Below, piece by piece: positions 22,567 to 33,912 of a stretch of 35,082 nucleotides of DNA; within the stretch, counting starts at the first letter, position 1, and every line of letters starts with the position of its first letter. Below the pieces are notes generated by a model. The model saw nothing but the letters and a program-made list of their open reading frames with translations, had not been told where the DNA came from and searched no databases. The position numbers and the translations under genes were made by a program. The stretch comes from Basidioascus undulatus (taxonomy: Eukaryota): positions 1 through 35,082 of the forward strand of contig JTLS01000069.1 in assembly GCA_000826855.1 (NCBI GenBank), in the 5' to 3' direction.

Positions 22567-25500
22567 TCAGAAAGCGAAAATGCTTTTGCCCGTTTCGAAG
22601 CCCATGCTCTTCAAAGCGGGCGTCGCGACGAGGTCGAGCAAACCTGGCGGACCGCAAAGGAAAGTCGCCGTTTCGTTGGCGATCGGGAAGAAGTGTTCAC
22701 GCCTTTGAGGAGAGCCTCAGCTCTGGTAAATATCCCGTGAAGCAAGTGTGAAAGACGTACAGCTTTGTCTCGTCCACGCGGCCAACGGGACCGGTCCAGT
22801 TGTCTTGCGGCAGCGGCTGCGAGAGTGTGCTCCACATCTTGAAGCGCTCCGGGTGAGCGGCCGCCAGTGCGTTCAGCTCGTCGTGGAGAAGGATGTCATC
22901 CGCCGAGCGGTTGGCGTTGACAAGCGAGATGCGAGTTTTGTCAGACGGGTCGGACAGGATGGCGTGGATGAGCTGGTAGTGCGGGGTGATGCCACTACCG
23001 CCTGAGACGAGGTTGACCTGCAGCGTAGATGTACCGGTTCAGCGAAGGTTTCGGCAAAAGTCCTGAACAGCGCTTACCTGGCTGAATTGCCGCTTCCGCC
23101 CAAGAATCTCGAATGTACCACGGCCGAGATAGGTGATGTGACCAGAAGGACCCTTGATGTCGATCTCTTCGCCTGCCCAACCGCTCACCAAGTTAGCCTT
23201 GCACAACTTGAGGTCCAGGTGGTCCCGTCTTACCTATCTTCACGCAATCGAGATAGTTAGAGATGGTACCACCAGCGGGAGTCAACTGCGCCATCTCCGG
23301 GTAGTAGACCTTGACGAGAAGGTCGAACGTGCCATCCTCGTCCTGCGGCAATACTGGCCGCGTCGGCGTGTAAGAGCGGAGGAGGGCGCCGTTCCGGAGG
23401 TGAACAGCCTGGACGATACAAGTCCTTCAAAACCCTTCTGTGCACAGCTGAAAGGGGACAACAACGTACGACAGAAAAGTGACGGCAGATGGGCAGATCG
23501 AGCGTACCCGGCTCGCCATTTGCCTTCTTCGGCAACTCGAACGTAAGGACGCTGCGTTCGCCACAACTTTTTTTCAGCGGCCCCACACCGGCGTTTCTGG
23601 TCTCAAGCAATGTCTCTCACCGAGTGTCATGGCTGACCTCTTTCCTCCGCACGAGCTTAGCCTGGGTGAAGACATCGGGCTGTAACGCCATGCCGACGCG
23701 GCTCTCCTTGAGCGCCTGAAGATCGGACGCGGCGCGGAGAGCATCGAGCTGCATCGTCTTCTTGGCTTCCTCGGACAGCACACCGATCAAGCACTCGTCG
23801 CGCTTGTCGTGCGCGTACTGGTCGTGGATAGCGAAATACTGTAAACGACGTTAGAGGTCAGCGCTGCAGTCATGTTCATGGCATTCTTTCGGCGCTGACG
23901 TACCTCGGTCGTAACATCAACTGTCGCCTTTCCGCCGTACATTAGGATAGACTCGGCACCGCCTGTGTTGCAAGTCAGTCTACGTGAGCTGCGACAGCGA
24001 GATACGTCGGCACGCTTACCGGGGTGCCAGGTCAACGTCGATGTTACGTCGTAGACCTTGTTGTCCAAGATCATCCAGCAATCGTCCTAGCCAAACCAGA
24101 CAGCCCTGTAAGTTCAGACTACGACCCGGTAACCGAAAAGACATACCATCTTGTCATGTTTTGCGATCTCCTCCAACGAGAACTCTTTGTGCTTGACATT
24201 CGACACGGAAGGCGCAGCCTCCTCGACGACATCTGCTGGGTTCGGCTGCATCCAGCCGGTCTCGTCGGCGAGGGGCCCGACGGGGTGTCGGAAGAGGATT
24301 GCCTCAGTGCCAGTCGCGACGTCGACTGTCATCTCCGGGCGGACGCGATACAGCGCGTTGTTCATCATGCCCTGTGAATACGCTTTCGGTGTAAGCGCGA
24401 TTCCCACCACCCTTTGTTGAGGAGCGCGCGTCGTACGGTGATGTTCCTGCAGGATAGCATAATGTCAGTGTTGGAAGCAGATAACGGTTGTGAGAGAGAC
24501 TCACCAGGTGATCTCATTTGGCTGAGTGTTCTTCTTGCTGTCCCACGCACGACAGACGATCTCTGGTGCAGTAATGAACTCGCGGACAGGAACTTCGCAA
24601 GACCTAGAAAGCAGCCAACAGTTGGCGTAAGCAGTCCGTCAGCTGTGCGGTAGTAGTTGGATCATACCAGAAGATCCACGCCCAATGCTTCTCGTTGTGC
24701 CTGTAGATTGCGCCGGTGTGATCATCAGTACGGGCTGAATCAAGTCTGGTCAACGCAGAACGTACCTGAGCGGCTTGTCGACGAACTTTCGGGAGCAGTA
24801 CTTCCACGTCTTGCATCCATTCACTGAAAGCTCCATGCGCTGAATGGCCTGCCCCGCGCCGCTGACAGCCCAGCCCTCGACCGAATACATGTCGTCCAGG
24901 TGCTCGGTACCGTCCGAGTCTTTAAGCTGATCCAGGCAGCCTCGTATCAGCCATGAAAGAGTGCAGGAGAGTGGCAGGAAAGACGCACGCGAAGAAGCTC
25001 GAGGTGGTCGGGCTTGCAGATGACGCTCTGGAGCGCAGCTTCGTTGCAGGAGGTGTTTTCTGGAGCACAAACAGCGTCAGGATGTCCATTGTCCCAAACT
25101 GATTGTAAAATGTTCATACCATGGCGGAAGAACGCCTTGGCAAGCGCGGACGACTTTTCGGTGACGAAAGACGGTAAGACGCGGTTGTCGTAGATGCTAC
25201 AGACAAGACGGATTCAGTCTCCCTTGTGTATATGCCCTGATTGGGACAAATAGAAACGCACTGGTAGAAGTTGTTCGAGGGCTTCTTCGACACCCACATC
25301 TGCCACAACGCCGTTCCTCCGTCAGTTTCGCCAGCGAAACATCACAACCCGCATTGACCGGCCGCACCTTGGACAACCACTTTACCATGCGCCCACCGAC
25401 AAGACCGGGGAGGATCGATCGGATGGGGAAGCCATGGTCGGGCTGGAGAACGCGCCCGTTCTGTCCGAAGGCCAGCATCACGTCATTCTTGGGGTCAAGG

Positions 25501-27205
25501 ACGTCTGTCACAGTGCAGGTCAGTCTAGTATGCTCGATCGTTCCGGCTCGGAAGGAGTGGAAGAGGAAGTACAGGAAAGGGGGACGGAAGTGCCGTACAG
25601 CCCCTCCGAGGGAATGTCAGCGCCCTCGTAGTGAAGATGCCTGTATTGAAGTGATGGAAGATACGTCAGGTCCCCTTGCGTTTCGAGTCTATAAAAGGGA
25701 TGGACGGACCATTGCTCCCCCTCGGGCATGTCTGCCAGTCCAGACGCCTTGAGCAGGTCGCGCACGAAGATGCCACGCCAGACGGCAGTGGAGAGGCCTG
25801 GGAATACGTTTTCAACGCGCAGTCTACAAGAAGCCCTTTGCTCTTGAGCCACGCACCAGACGCAGTCCAGTTGAAACCTGCGCTACGCTTGACCATATTG
25901 ACCTCCTTCCGGCGATTTCCATCGCCTAATCCATTCCCACCAGCGTCCGTGAGCCAATCTCGCTCGGGACGACTTGACAGGCGGGCAGTTCCAAACTCAC
26001 AGGCAAGCGTAACGGGCATCTCCACAATCTCGAACTTGCCCTCTTCAGCGAGCTCGGGCATCGACCAATCCTGCGCGTTGGACAGAAGCTCGGGCGGGTC
26101 GGCAAACAGGCGCAGCTTGTGCGTCTGCCAGGCCAGGCGCGGAACGGCAGCGTGGTTGCGGACGTCTGGGGGGACAGATGGAGAACGTCAGCGGGTATAG
26201 AGTGCTGCTAAGATATGTTAGTGGAAAACAAAGCGCACAGTGAAGCCTATCCGGAAAGGAGGAGGAGATCGTTAGCCATCTGATTTGTTACAGTCTGAAA
26301 TGACAACTAACTTCGTAGGGGTGATCATCCCAGCTCGGTGCAGGTTCGCTAAGTCAGGCTCCGCGTTGAACGGGTGTTTGCCGGTGTTGCGCCTGAGCTC
26401 GGCGCTCCGCGGGATCCAGCTGTCAGGCGTGTTTCTACAACCATTGTTCTTGATGTTAGCAACCCCGTCATTTCAGCGGCGCGGCACAACGCAACGCAAC
26501 GCACTGGTCCTCCAAGCTCAGCACGCTCTCGAGCTGGTCGTGCCCGGGCAGCATGAACGGGCCCGCCACCTTGCCGTCGTTGTTCTTGAGCGTGCGAATC
26601 ATATCGAGGTCCTCGAGGACGCGACGGAGGAACTTGTCGTCCGGACCCTCGCTCTCGCCCTGGCCGCTAGCCTCGCCCTCGTCGTCGGAGGGGACGGACG
26701 TCGCGGGCGTGGAGCTCGACTCGGAGGGGGAGGCGGTCAAATTGGTGGGGGATACGAGCAACTCGGGCTCGAGCTCAGGGGAGAGCGTCTGGGAAATGGC
26801 GGACTGGACGTGCTTGCACGGGAAGAGCTGGTTCTTGATCTGAGCCTCGCTGATGGGAAGGTTGAAGCGCGCGTAGGTGTTGTGCTGCGACACCGTAGAA
26901 ACACAGCTTTATCAGCTCACTTTTCATTTCTATACAGAGGAGAAAACAAGAAAGGCTTACAACTGGGTCGATCGCCTTCCAGCTGAAAGCGAAAAATAAG
27001 ATGCGCAGCGCACGCAGTCAACGATCCTCACTCTCCTTTTTCCTCTACCTTCCCGAACTCTCGCGCCATGGACGTACTCGACATGCGCATCCTTCACATC
27101 CCTCATGCTCAGCACCTTTGTCTTGTCCGCGAGCAGGGCCTCGAAGTCGGGCTTGCTTGCTTCGCGCGTGCGCGCAGCGTCCAGGACGGCGGGGCCGAGG
27201 GACAT
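22567..27205 (-). CDS. Nitrate-reductase-like molybdopterin / cytochrome b5 / FAD-NAD(P)H oxidoreductase (non-canonical type)
   Basis: ATG 27205. The spliced frame gives TPDSWIPR...TGKHPFNAEP, ITPTKLHYVRNHAAVP, the Mo-ligand Cys in VTLACDGNRRKE, GFNW, PDHGFPIR...GGRMVKWL, YHIYDNRVLP and the dimer domain NTQPNEITWNITGMMNN. The cytochrome b5 domain reads DCWMILDNKVYDVT...HPGG...IHD. The reductase part reads RSYTPTRP, GGTISNYL, KGPSG, SGGSGITP, NANRSADDIL, FLCGPP. Stop 22567-22569. Confidence 0.92.
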
Positions 27206-27321
27206 TTTGGCTGGCTGATGTTGCGTGTTGTGTCTAGCCGATTCGCGAGTGTCTAGAGTGATATATCGTGGTCGTCGTAGAGTGGAAGGAACATCAGAGC
27301 CGGGGAAGGAAAGCAAGGGGG

Positions 27322-27395
27322 GGATAAAGCCTTGAGGCTGCGCCTAGAAACACTCGCTATCTCTGTTGACAGCCTCTCATGCGGGGTAGAGATAA
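27322..27395. promoter_or_regulatory. Three GATA(A/G) sites upstream of the nitrate-reductase-like gene
   Basis: GGATAA 27322-27327, CTATCT (AGATAG on minus) 27357-27362 and AGATAA 27390-27395 lie ~120-190 bp upstream of the ATG. These match the fungal AreA/NIT2 GATA core; function is inferred only. Confidence 0.3.
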
Positions 27396-28093
27396 GGCCC
27401 TCTTCGACGACTCCGACTGACCAATGAATGCGCGTCGCTCGTGACTCTTGTCTGGACCTTCTCTTCGGCTGTCTGGCATGATCATGAGTGATCGACGTTC
27501 GGTGCGAAGCACATCTGTGGGACGAAGTGGATGGGAGCGAGCGAGCACCGAGTCTTGCCGAGTGAAGTCGGCGGGCGTCACGGTCGACACAGAGCCCGAA
27601 CTGAAACTCCAGCAGCTGCAAACCTACCAACCTGTGGTGTACCTTTCCTAATGCTTCATAACGTTCAGAAAACCTCATAAAACAACTGCGAGGCAGCCAC
27701 CATAGGCGCTCGCACACGAACTGTCGAACTGCACATCCGCCCCTCGCCTTCGCGTCCCTCACTGCAGTGTTGAACAGTTCCACCCCAACACATCTGCCAG
27801 TCGATCCCATTATCCCTCGCCTGACCAACGTCCTTTATCCCGAGTCCTCTAAAAAGCTCGTTCATTCAGAAGTACGGTATTCCGCCCACCACCACCGCGG
27901 CGATGACAGATTGACTAAAAAGCTAATGCGAGTTTAGAAAAGTCCTCCCCCTTCACGTCACCCTACCTGGCCTCCGTCCCAACAACACCCGAGCCTCCAG
28001 GCTATCTCGTCTGGCTCCCCCTTCTCCTACTCTTTATCCTGCCCTCCGACCAACCCACCTCCCACCCACCGATCCGTCCGCGCACAAAGCCGC

Positions 28094-30009
28094 TTAGGCC
28101 TTGCCAGCCTTCTGCATCGCCTGTTTTCCGTGTGGCATCCACCCAATCAGTAAAGTTCAAACCCATGCAGATGGCTGGAGTGTGAGGGTAGAAGGGCGAA
28201 GCGAGCAAGCACGGACCTTGAGGATCTGCTCCCCAATCTGCGCCGGGCTCTGGACGACGATCGCGCCCGCCTTCTCGAGCGCGGCGACCTTGTCCGAAGC
28301 CTTGCCCTTGCCGCCAGAGATAACTGGCACATTTGCAAGCCCAGGTCAGATTCAGGACGGCCAGCGGAAAGGCAAGGTACGGGGGAAAGAGCGCACCGGC
28401 ACCGGCGTGGCCCATGCGACGGCCGGGCGGGGCAGACGCGCCCGCGATGAAGGAGACGACGGGGAGGTTGCGCGTGTTGTTCGCGGCGAGGTACCTGTGC
28501 GTGCGCGATGCAGAGCGTCAACAGCCAGGTAGAGCAAAAGTGCTTGGGGGAAAATGAAAGGGGAAACAAAGACGTACTCGGCAGCCTCCTCCTCAGACGA
28601 CCCGCCAATCTCACCGATCAAGACAATACCTGTTGCCGACCTCCGCACGTATCAGCGCCCACCCCACCGCCGCCCTCCGCCTCCGGCTCCCCTTCCCTCC
28701 ACAGGCGGGAAGACAGACGGGGGATGAGAGACAGCAGAAACAGCGCGCACTCACCCTCCGTCTTGGGGTCCGCAAGCAGGAGCTTCAGCGCGTCGGTGTG
28801 CGTGGTGCCGGGGAAGGGGTCACCACCGATACCGAGGCAGAGCGACTGGCCGAGGCCGACGTGCGTCGTCTGCGCGACGGCCTCGTACGTGAGCGTGCCG
28901 GAGCGGGAGACAATGCCGATCTTGCCGGGCTTGTGGATGTAGCCGGGCTGGTAAGCGGGGGAGGAGAGGAGGAGAGAGGGATCAGTATGGTTCGCTTTTT
29001 GGTTTGGAACCGTAGATCCGAAAGAAGGGGAACGGAAGAGGAACGGAGGACACACCATGATGCCGATCTTGCAGCCCTCGGGGTTGATCACACCCGGGCA
29101 GTTGGGCCCGATAAGGCGCGACTTGGACTGCTGGCGGAGGACATGGGCGACCTGTTTGTGCGCGCCAAGTTCCATGTCAAATCAGCCTCTTCTGCGTGCG
29201 ACATGCAAGGAAAGAGAGAGTGGAAGATGAGGGAACGGGAAGGCTAAAGGGAAGACCGGACCTTGATCTCGTCCGCCTGGGGCATGCCCTCGGTGATGGC
29301 GACGATGAGGCCGATCTCGTTCTCGATGGCCTCGATGATCGCGTCCGCGGCGAAGGGCGGGGGCACGTAGATGACGGTCGCGTCGGGCTGGGCCTCGCGG
29401 ACGGCCTGTGATGCATCCACCCTCGCTCAGTCTCAAAGATTCCAGCGAAGTGGGAAATGGGAATTAGGAAATGGGAAGTAGGGGAATATGCACCTCCTTG
29501 ACGGAAGCAAAGACGGGGAGGCCAAGATGGGTGGTGCCCGCCTTGGAGGGGGAGACACCGCCTATGAGCTTGGTGCCGTACGCGAGCGCCTCCTGCGAGT
29601 GGAACGTGGCCTGTTGTCGCATTCCAGGCGTAAATCACAGATCCAATTCAGTTGTGTCAGTAAAAAAAAAATAAGCGAGGGAGAGGAAGGAAGGCGGGGT
29701 GAAGCATGGAGGGAAGGGAGAGGACAGGGAAGGTGGAAGGGGAGGTTGACGACGCACGGTCTTGCCGGTGAAACCCTGGGTGAGGACCTTGGTGTCCTTG
29801 TGTACGCGGAGGTTGGGGATCGTCAGGTCATACGCGCTGCTACTCGTCGCGGGCGAGCTGGAGAACGCGCGGCGACCTGATCCATGCATCACCCAAGCAT
29901 CGCCCGTCACCCCATACCGCAATCAGCCCACGGCCCTCCCACTTGATTTTGGAGGGGAATGCGCACCGGCGTAACGCGCCAGGCGTAGGGAGCGAGCAGC
30001 GGTGAACAT
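28094..30009 (-). CDS. LSC1: Succinyl-CoA ligase alpha subunit, mitochondrial
   Basis: Presequence-like [22 protein letters not shown], then [66 protein letters not shown] and the phospho-His motif [11 protein letters not shown]. Stop TAA 28094-28096. Confidence 0.97.
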
Positions 30010-30293
30010 GGCGAGGGCGAGGTGTGCGATGGTGAGGGTGAGGGCGAAGAGAGAAGACGGTGGAGGAGTGATGAGATGGGCGACGATGAGGAGAGCGGTT
30101 GCCGCCGCCGGCTCGCCAGCGCGGAAGGGCCCGGTCCCCGCCTGTCGACAGCCTCCGAGGCGAGGCGGCAATGCAATCTTTTTTCCCACCTCGCCTGGTT
30201 TGCGACTGTTGCCTGGTGAATATATAAAACAATGTTTTTGTCGTTACCTGGAAGTCGTAAAGAAACCTAAGAGTTGAGCGGCGTGAGCACTCC

Positions 30294-31428
30294 TCAGGCT
30301 GCGTCTCGTTGTGCGCTCATCGATGCACATTGTCCCTCATGTCGAACCGAGCGATAGCCGTGAAAGTCACGCACGTGTGGACCATGCATGCAAAATACCA
30401 GCTTTGTAACACGCATGGAACTCTGATACAGCCGAGCGAGAAGTCCAGCTTCGTGGGCGAGTTTGTTGACGACAACGACTTGACGGACATCCTGCACGGC
30501 GAATGGTTTGAGTCTCATAAGGCTGCGAATTCTGATCTCAAGATAGTTAAATCAGGGCATATCACTAAGTCTTTGCGGTCGTGGAAGGCCACAAGCTCTG
30601 CAGGGACCAGATCATTAAGTCGCTGTCTTTCCCCGGCCGTCGCTGCAAGACTGCACAGAGATCTCCCTCTGACGCCTCATACTGCTCCTCGCAATATATG
30701 ATGGGGATATAATCCGAATTCTGTGACGCTTCGCCGTGCAAGTGGTTCGACACACAGGCAGCCCTAGAGGTTGCAGACGAGCTACACGGCCATCTGCCCT
30801 GACCCCATTGATTGTGCTCGTGCCTCAAAGAGAGTCTATACAGAGCTTCTTTACCCAGATTAGAGCAGTCTATATACCTCATGTTCAAGCAGGCCCCCCG
30901 AAGGGCCTCATGCGTTCTCGTTCGCAGGCATGGATTGCCTCTCGACCCCTGGAGGCCAAGCAACAACTCCCCTATCGGTCTTAGGACCAAGAGCCTTTGG
31001 ACAAGAACTCTGGGAAAGAACACTCGAGATTTTTCAATGCTACTGTAGATGTGTAGCGGTTCCGGCTCCGATCCCCGCACAGCGGGTCCAAGTCCACGCT
31101 TGAGACACACGTCGGTCAGTGTCAGCCTGGTGGCCTTAACGATCGTGAGCGTCATGCGTGAGCGGCGAGCTGGTAACAATGTCATGACTAGCACCTATAG
31201 AGACAAAGATACTGGTGCTCGTTGAATTCTGGCGCTGTCCCTGGTCCTGCGGTAGAGAGTCGTGCTGCGGGCCGGTAAGCTGGATCCAGCAGGCGCAGCC
31301 GGACGGTGTTCACTGGCATCAGTCATCACTGACCCGATCTCAAGTCCGCCAGCCTGAGCTGGAGGCGCTGTACGTCCGGGAGGCAGCGGTTGCATCGAAA
31401 CTTCGCCGCTTGAGCTACCATGAGGCAA
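30294..31428 (-). pseudogene. Possible degenerate LRR (RNI-like) gene remnant
   Basis: ORFs 31195-31428 and 30565-31194 are in one frame, separated by a single TAG (which could instead be a splice acceptor). LRR-like snippets include GACLNMRYIDCSNL and, after a frameshift, LSDMP*FNYLEIRIRSL. No intact gene model. Confidence 0.25.
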
Positions 31429-32363
31429 GCAGACTAGAAAACTCTTAGACAGATCTGGATCCCCACTCTCTTCTGAGAGCCGAACGTCTTGCCTTGAAGC
31501 TCTCGATGTGTAGTCGTTCGGACAAAGCGAGCGCAGCCGGCTAGGTTGCGAACCACGATTTTGCCCGGCTCACGGCTTGGAAAGCTTCATTGTTAATGCC
31601 TCTTCACTAGGAGCTACAGAAGGCAATACGAAACTAGCCATTGCAAACCAAGTTGCGCATGGACTAGGAACATCGATATGTGAGAAGCGACCTTGCGCAA
31701 GGCTGCGCGTCGTACTACGTCCATACCGCCATGTCCTAAAGCACTTGCTGCGATTCCACTGCAGCGGCTTGACCTAAGCAACACACACGCACCAGCTTCA
31801 AAAAGCACGTACCTACCGTCCGCTAGCCAACTCGCGAGCCCGCCACCGAGGCCCCATCGCCCGGCGCCGCGCTCGAGCTCATCGCTAGCGCACGCGAGCT
31901 AGTCCGCCATAGCCTCGGCGCTGTCCGCCATGCCGAATCCATTAAAAGTCCAGTCCAGCCACCACCGTCGCTCTTTTCTTGCTCATCAATCGCTCATTCT
32001 CTTCTTCGTACCCGTCCGTGGAGTTGAGCGGCACACACACTCCTTCGCACCATCAGTCCAGAACCGCCGGGCGCCCTGCAACCGACACTCACTGCCATGC
32101 CTGTCCTCCGAAGCCGCCAGGTACATACGCTTTAGGTTCCTGTAGCTGCGTAGGATATTGAAGAAGGATTAACGGGACAGGACTGGTTCGGCCTCAACAA
32201 CGTCTGGGGCGGGGCAGGGCGGATCCCCATCCCCTCGCCTGGTCCGGACGCTTCGACATCCGAGGGCTCGACTGCGCCCGCCCCTGAAAGCAGCAGCAGT
32301 GCTTCGCCCACATCCTCCTCCTCTCAAGGATCCGCCTACAATTCCATCCCATTCCCTCACTCT

Positions 32364-32890
32364 ATGTCCTCTACCTCTCCCTCGCCCACAGCTGTACCAA
32401 GCAGTGCGCCCCTCTCCCTTTCCACCTCCGTTCCCGACACTGAATCCAGGCCCCGCAGCTCCGGAGCCATCCAAAGCGGACAAGATCGTCCTCGCCCTCA
32501 CTCTGTCCCTCGCCGGCGTCTTCCTCCTCCTTCTTCTCCTGGCCATCTTCTACCGGCTCCGCCGCCGCGCCCGACAGCGCCAGCAGTCGCAGCAACAGCA
32601 GTGTGACACGCCGCCGGACAGCGATGCGCTGTCCGACAGGTCGAGCGTGTGCGATGAAACGGGGGCGAAGACGAAGGTGAGCGAGAAAGGAGAAAACCTT
32701 ATCGGGAACGGGTCAGAAGGCTGTTTCTGATGTCGAGGGAGCGATGCAGGTCAGGGAAGAGTGGTTGGAGCGTCCGCTGGCCGAGGCACCAAAGGTGTAT
32801 GTCGTGCCCTTGCCGATTAGCGAGGAGAGGTTGTACGGGAGAGTTGCAGGGGAACGGCGAGGCAGTGAGGGCGGCATGTCGACAGTATGA
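32364..32890 (+). CDS. Small single-pass membrane protein (~132 aa); unknown function
   Basis: Exons 32364-32403, 32459-32676, 32750-32890 (introns GTGCGC..CAG and GTGAGC..CAG) join in frame: MSSTSPSPTAVPSTPEPSKADKIVLALTLSLAGVFLLLLLLAIFYRLRRRARQRQQSQQQQC...GGMSTV*. Confidence 0.75.
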
Positions 32891-33491
32891 ATTTTACGAT
32901 GAAGCAATGTTCCGGTGAAGCTGTAGCAGGCTGAGCAGTCCGGTCACCAGGCAGGGCGGCTTGTCACCTGGACGGTAATTAGAGGATTGAACGCCCCAGG
33001 ATTGTGTGCTCTTTATATATGACGATCGGTAAAGCGCAATTGAGCCGCATCACTCGGCGGTGGGCGACTGCGGTTCTCAACCGTGACAGCCGCCTTCAGT
33101 AGCTCGCAGATATTGAGTAGTCGTTTGACTTGATGTGTCCCGACTCCCTATATCCACCATAATAATGGAGTCCGAACTTCCTTGCTTGGGTCGCTTTCGG
33201 TACAGAAACAACGAACGCTTTCCCGTGACTAGCCAGCACTACCCGCCATCGCCCAGCCAAGCCATCGACAACAAGTTCAACAGATCCATTCTCAGCGCCA
33301 TCCCCCCATCCAACTTCAACGCCATTGTAGATGCCCGATATAGACTCCCCTCCAGTAAAAAAAGCAGCACCATGCCGCGGAGGGTCCCTCTGGATGGTCA
33401 TGCCGATTCCAGTACCTGCTCAAGTCACGCTCCCCGCCGTCTCGCCCCCTCCCACATCCGTCCCGGAGATTTCCTAGCATAAAACCACCCA

Positions 33492-33818
33492 TCAGGACAC
33501 CCTCAAAGAGCGATAGGGCGTCGACCTGCTGCACATTCAGAACACCCTTTTGAGACCAGCCCTTGAAGATCCGATGGAAGCACAGATACTCACTGTCCGG
33601 TCTTCGAGGAGGCGGGCGTGGTCGGGGACGTGAGACCGAGTGAGACGAGGAGTGCGCCGGCGCCCAGGATCTGGAGCGGCAAGAATATGGTCAGCACTGC
33701 ACGACTCTTAAAGTAAATGGAAACGTGGATCCACCTTTGGGCAGGCCTTGCGCATGCGCTGCGGGACGGTGCCTTTGGGAGCCGCGGTAGCGAAGAGGAG
33801 GATGGGCGAGGGCAGCAT
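33492..33818 (-). CDS. Three-exon small protein (~65 aa); unknown function
   Basis: gccATG at 33818 follows a C/T-rich leader. Exons are 33818-33735, 33670-33594 and 33528(or 33525)-33492, with introns GTGGAT..GCTGAC..CCAG and GTGAGT..CAGCAG. Protein: MLPSPILLFATAAPKGTVPQRMRKACPKILGAGALLVSLGLTSPTTPASSKTG(HR/Q)STPYRSLRVS*. Confidence 0.55.
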
Positions 33819-33903
33819 GGCGGGTGATGGAACGATGGAGAGGGATGCAGTGGCGGTGGTGGTGGTGGTAGGGAAAGGAAAAGGGGCTGAACTGAAGGGG
33901 GAG

Positions 33904-33912
33904 ATATATAAA
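33904..33912. promoter_or_regulatory. TATA-like element upstream of the small minus-strand gene
   Basis: ATATATAAA at 33904-33912 in otherwise GC-rich DNA, ~85 bp upstream of ATG 33818 and just before its pyrimidine-rich leader. The orientation is ambiguous. Confidence 0.4.

Noticed and set aside
33039..33090. Hairpin TTGAGCCGCA...TGCGGTTCTCAA followed by ACA (H/ACA-like)
   Set aside because: No convincing pocket geometry, H box or rRNA target; it lies between two convergent 3' ends.
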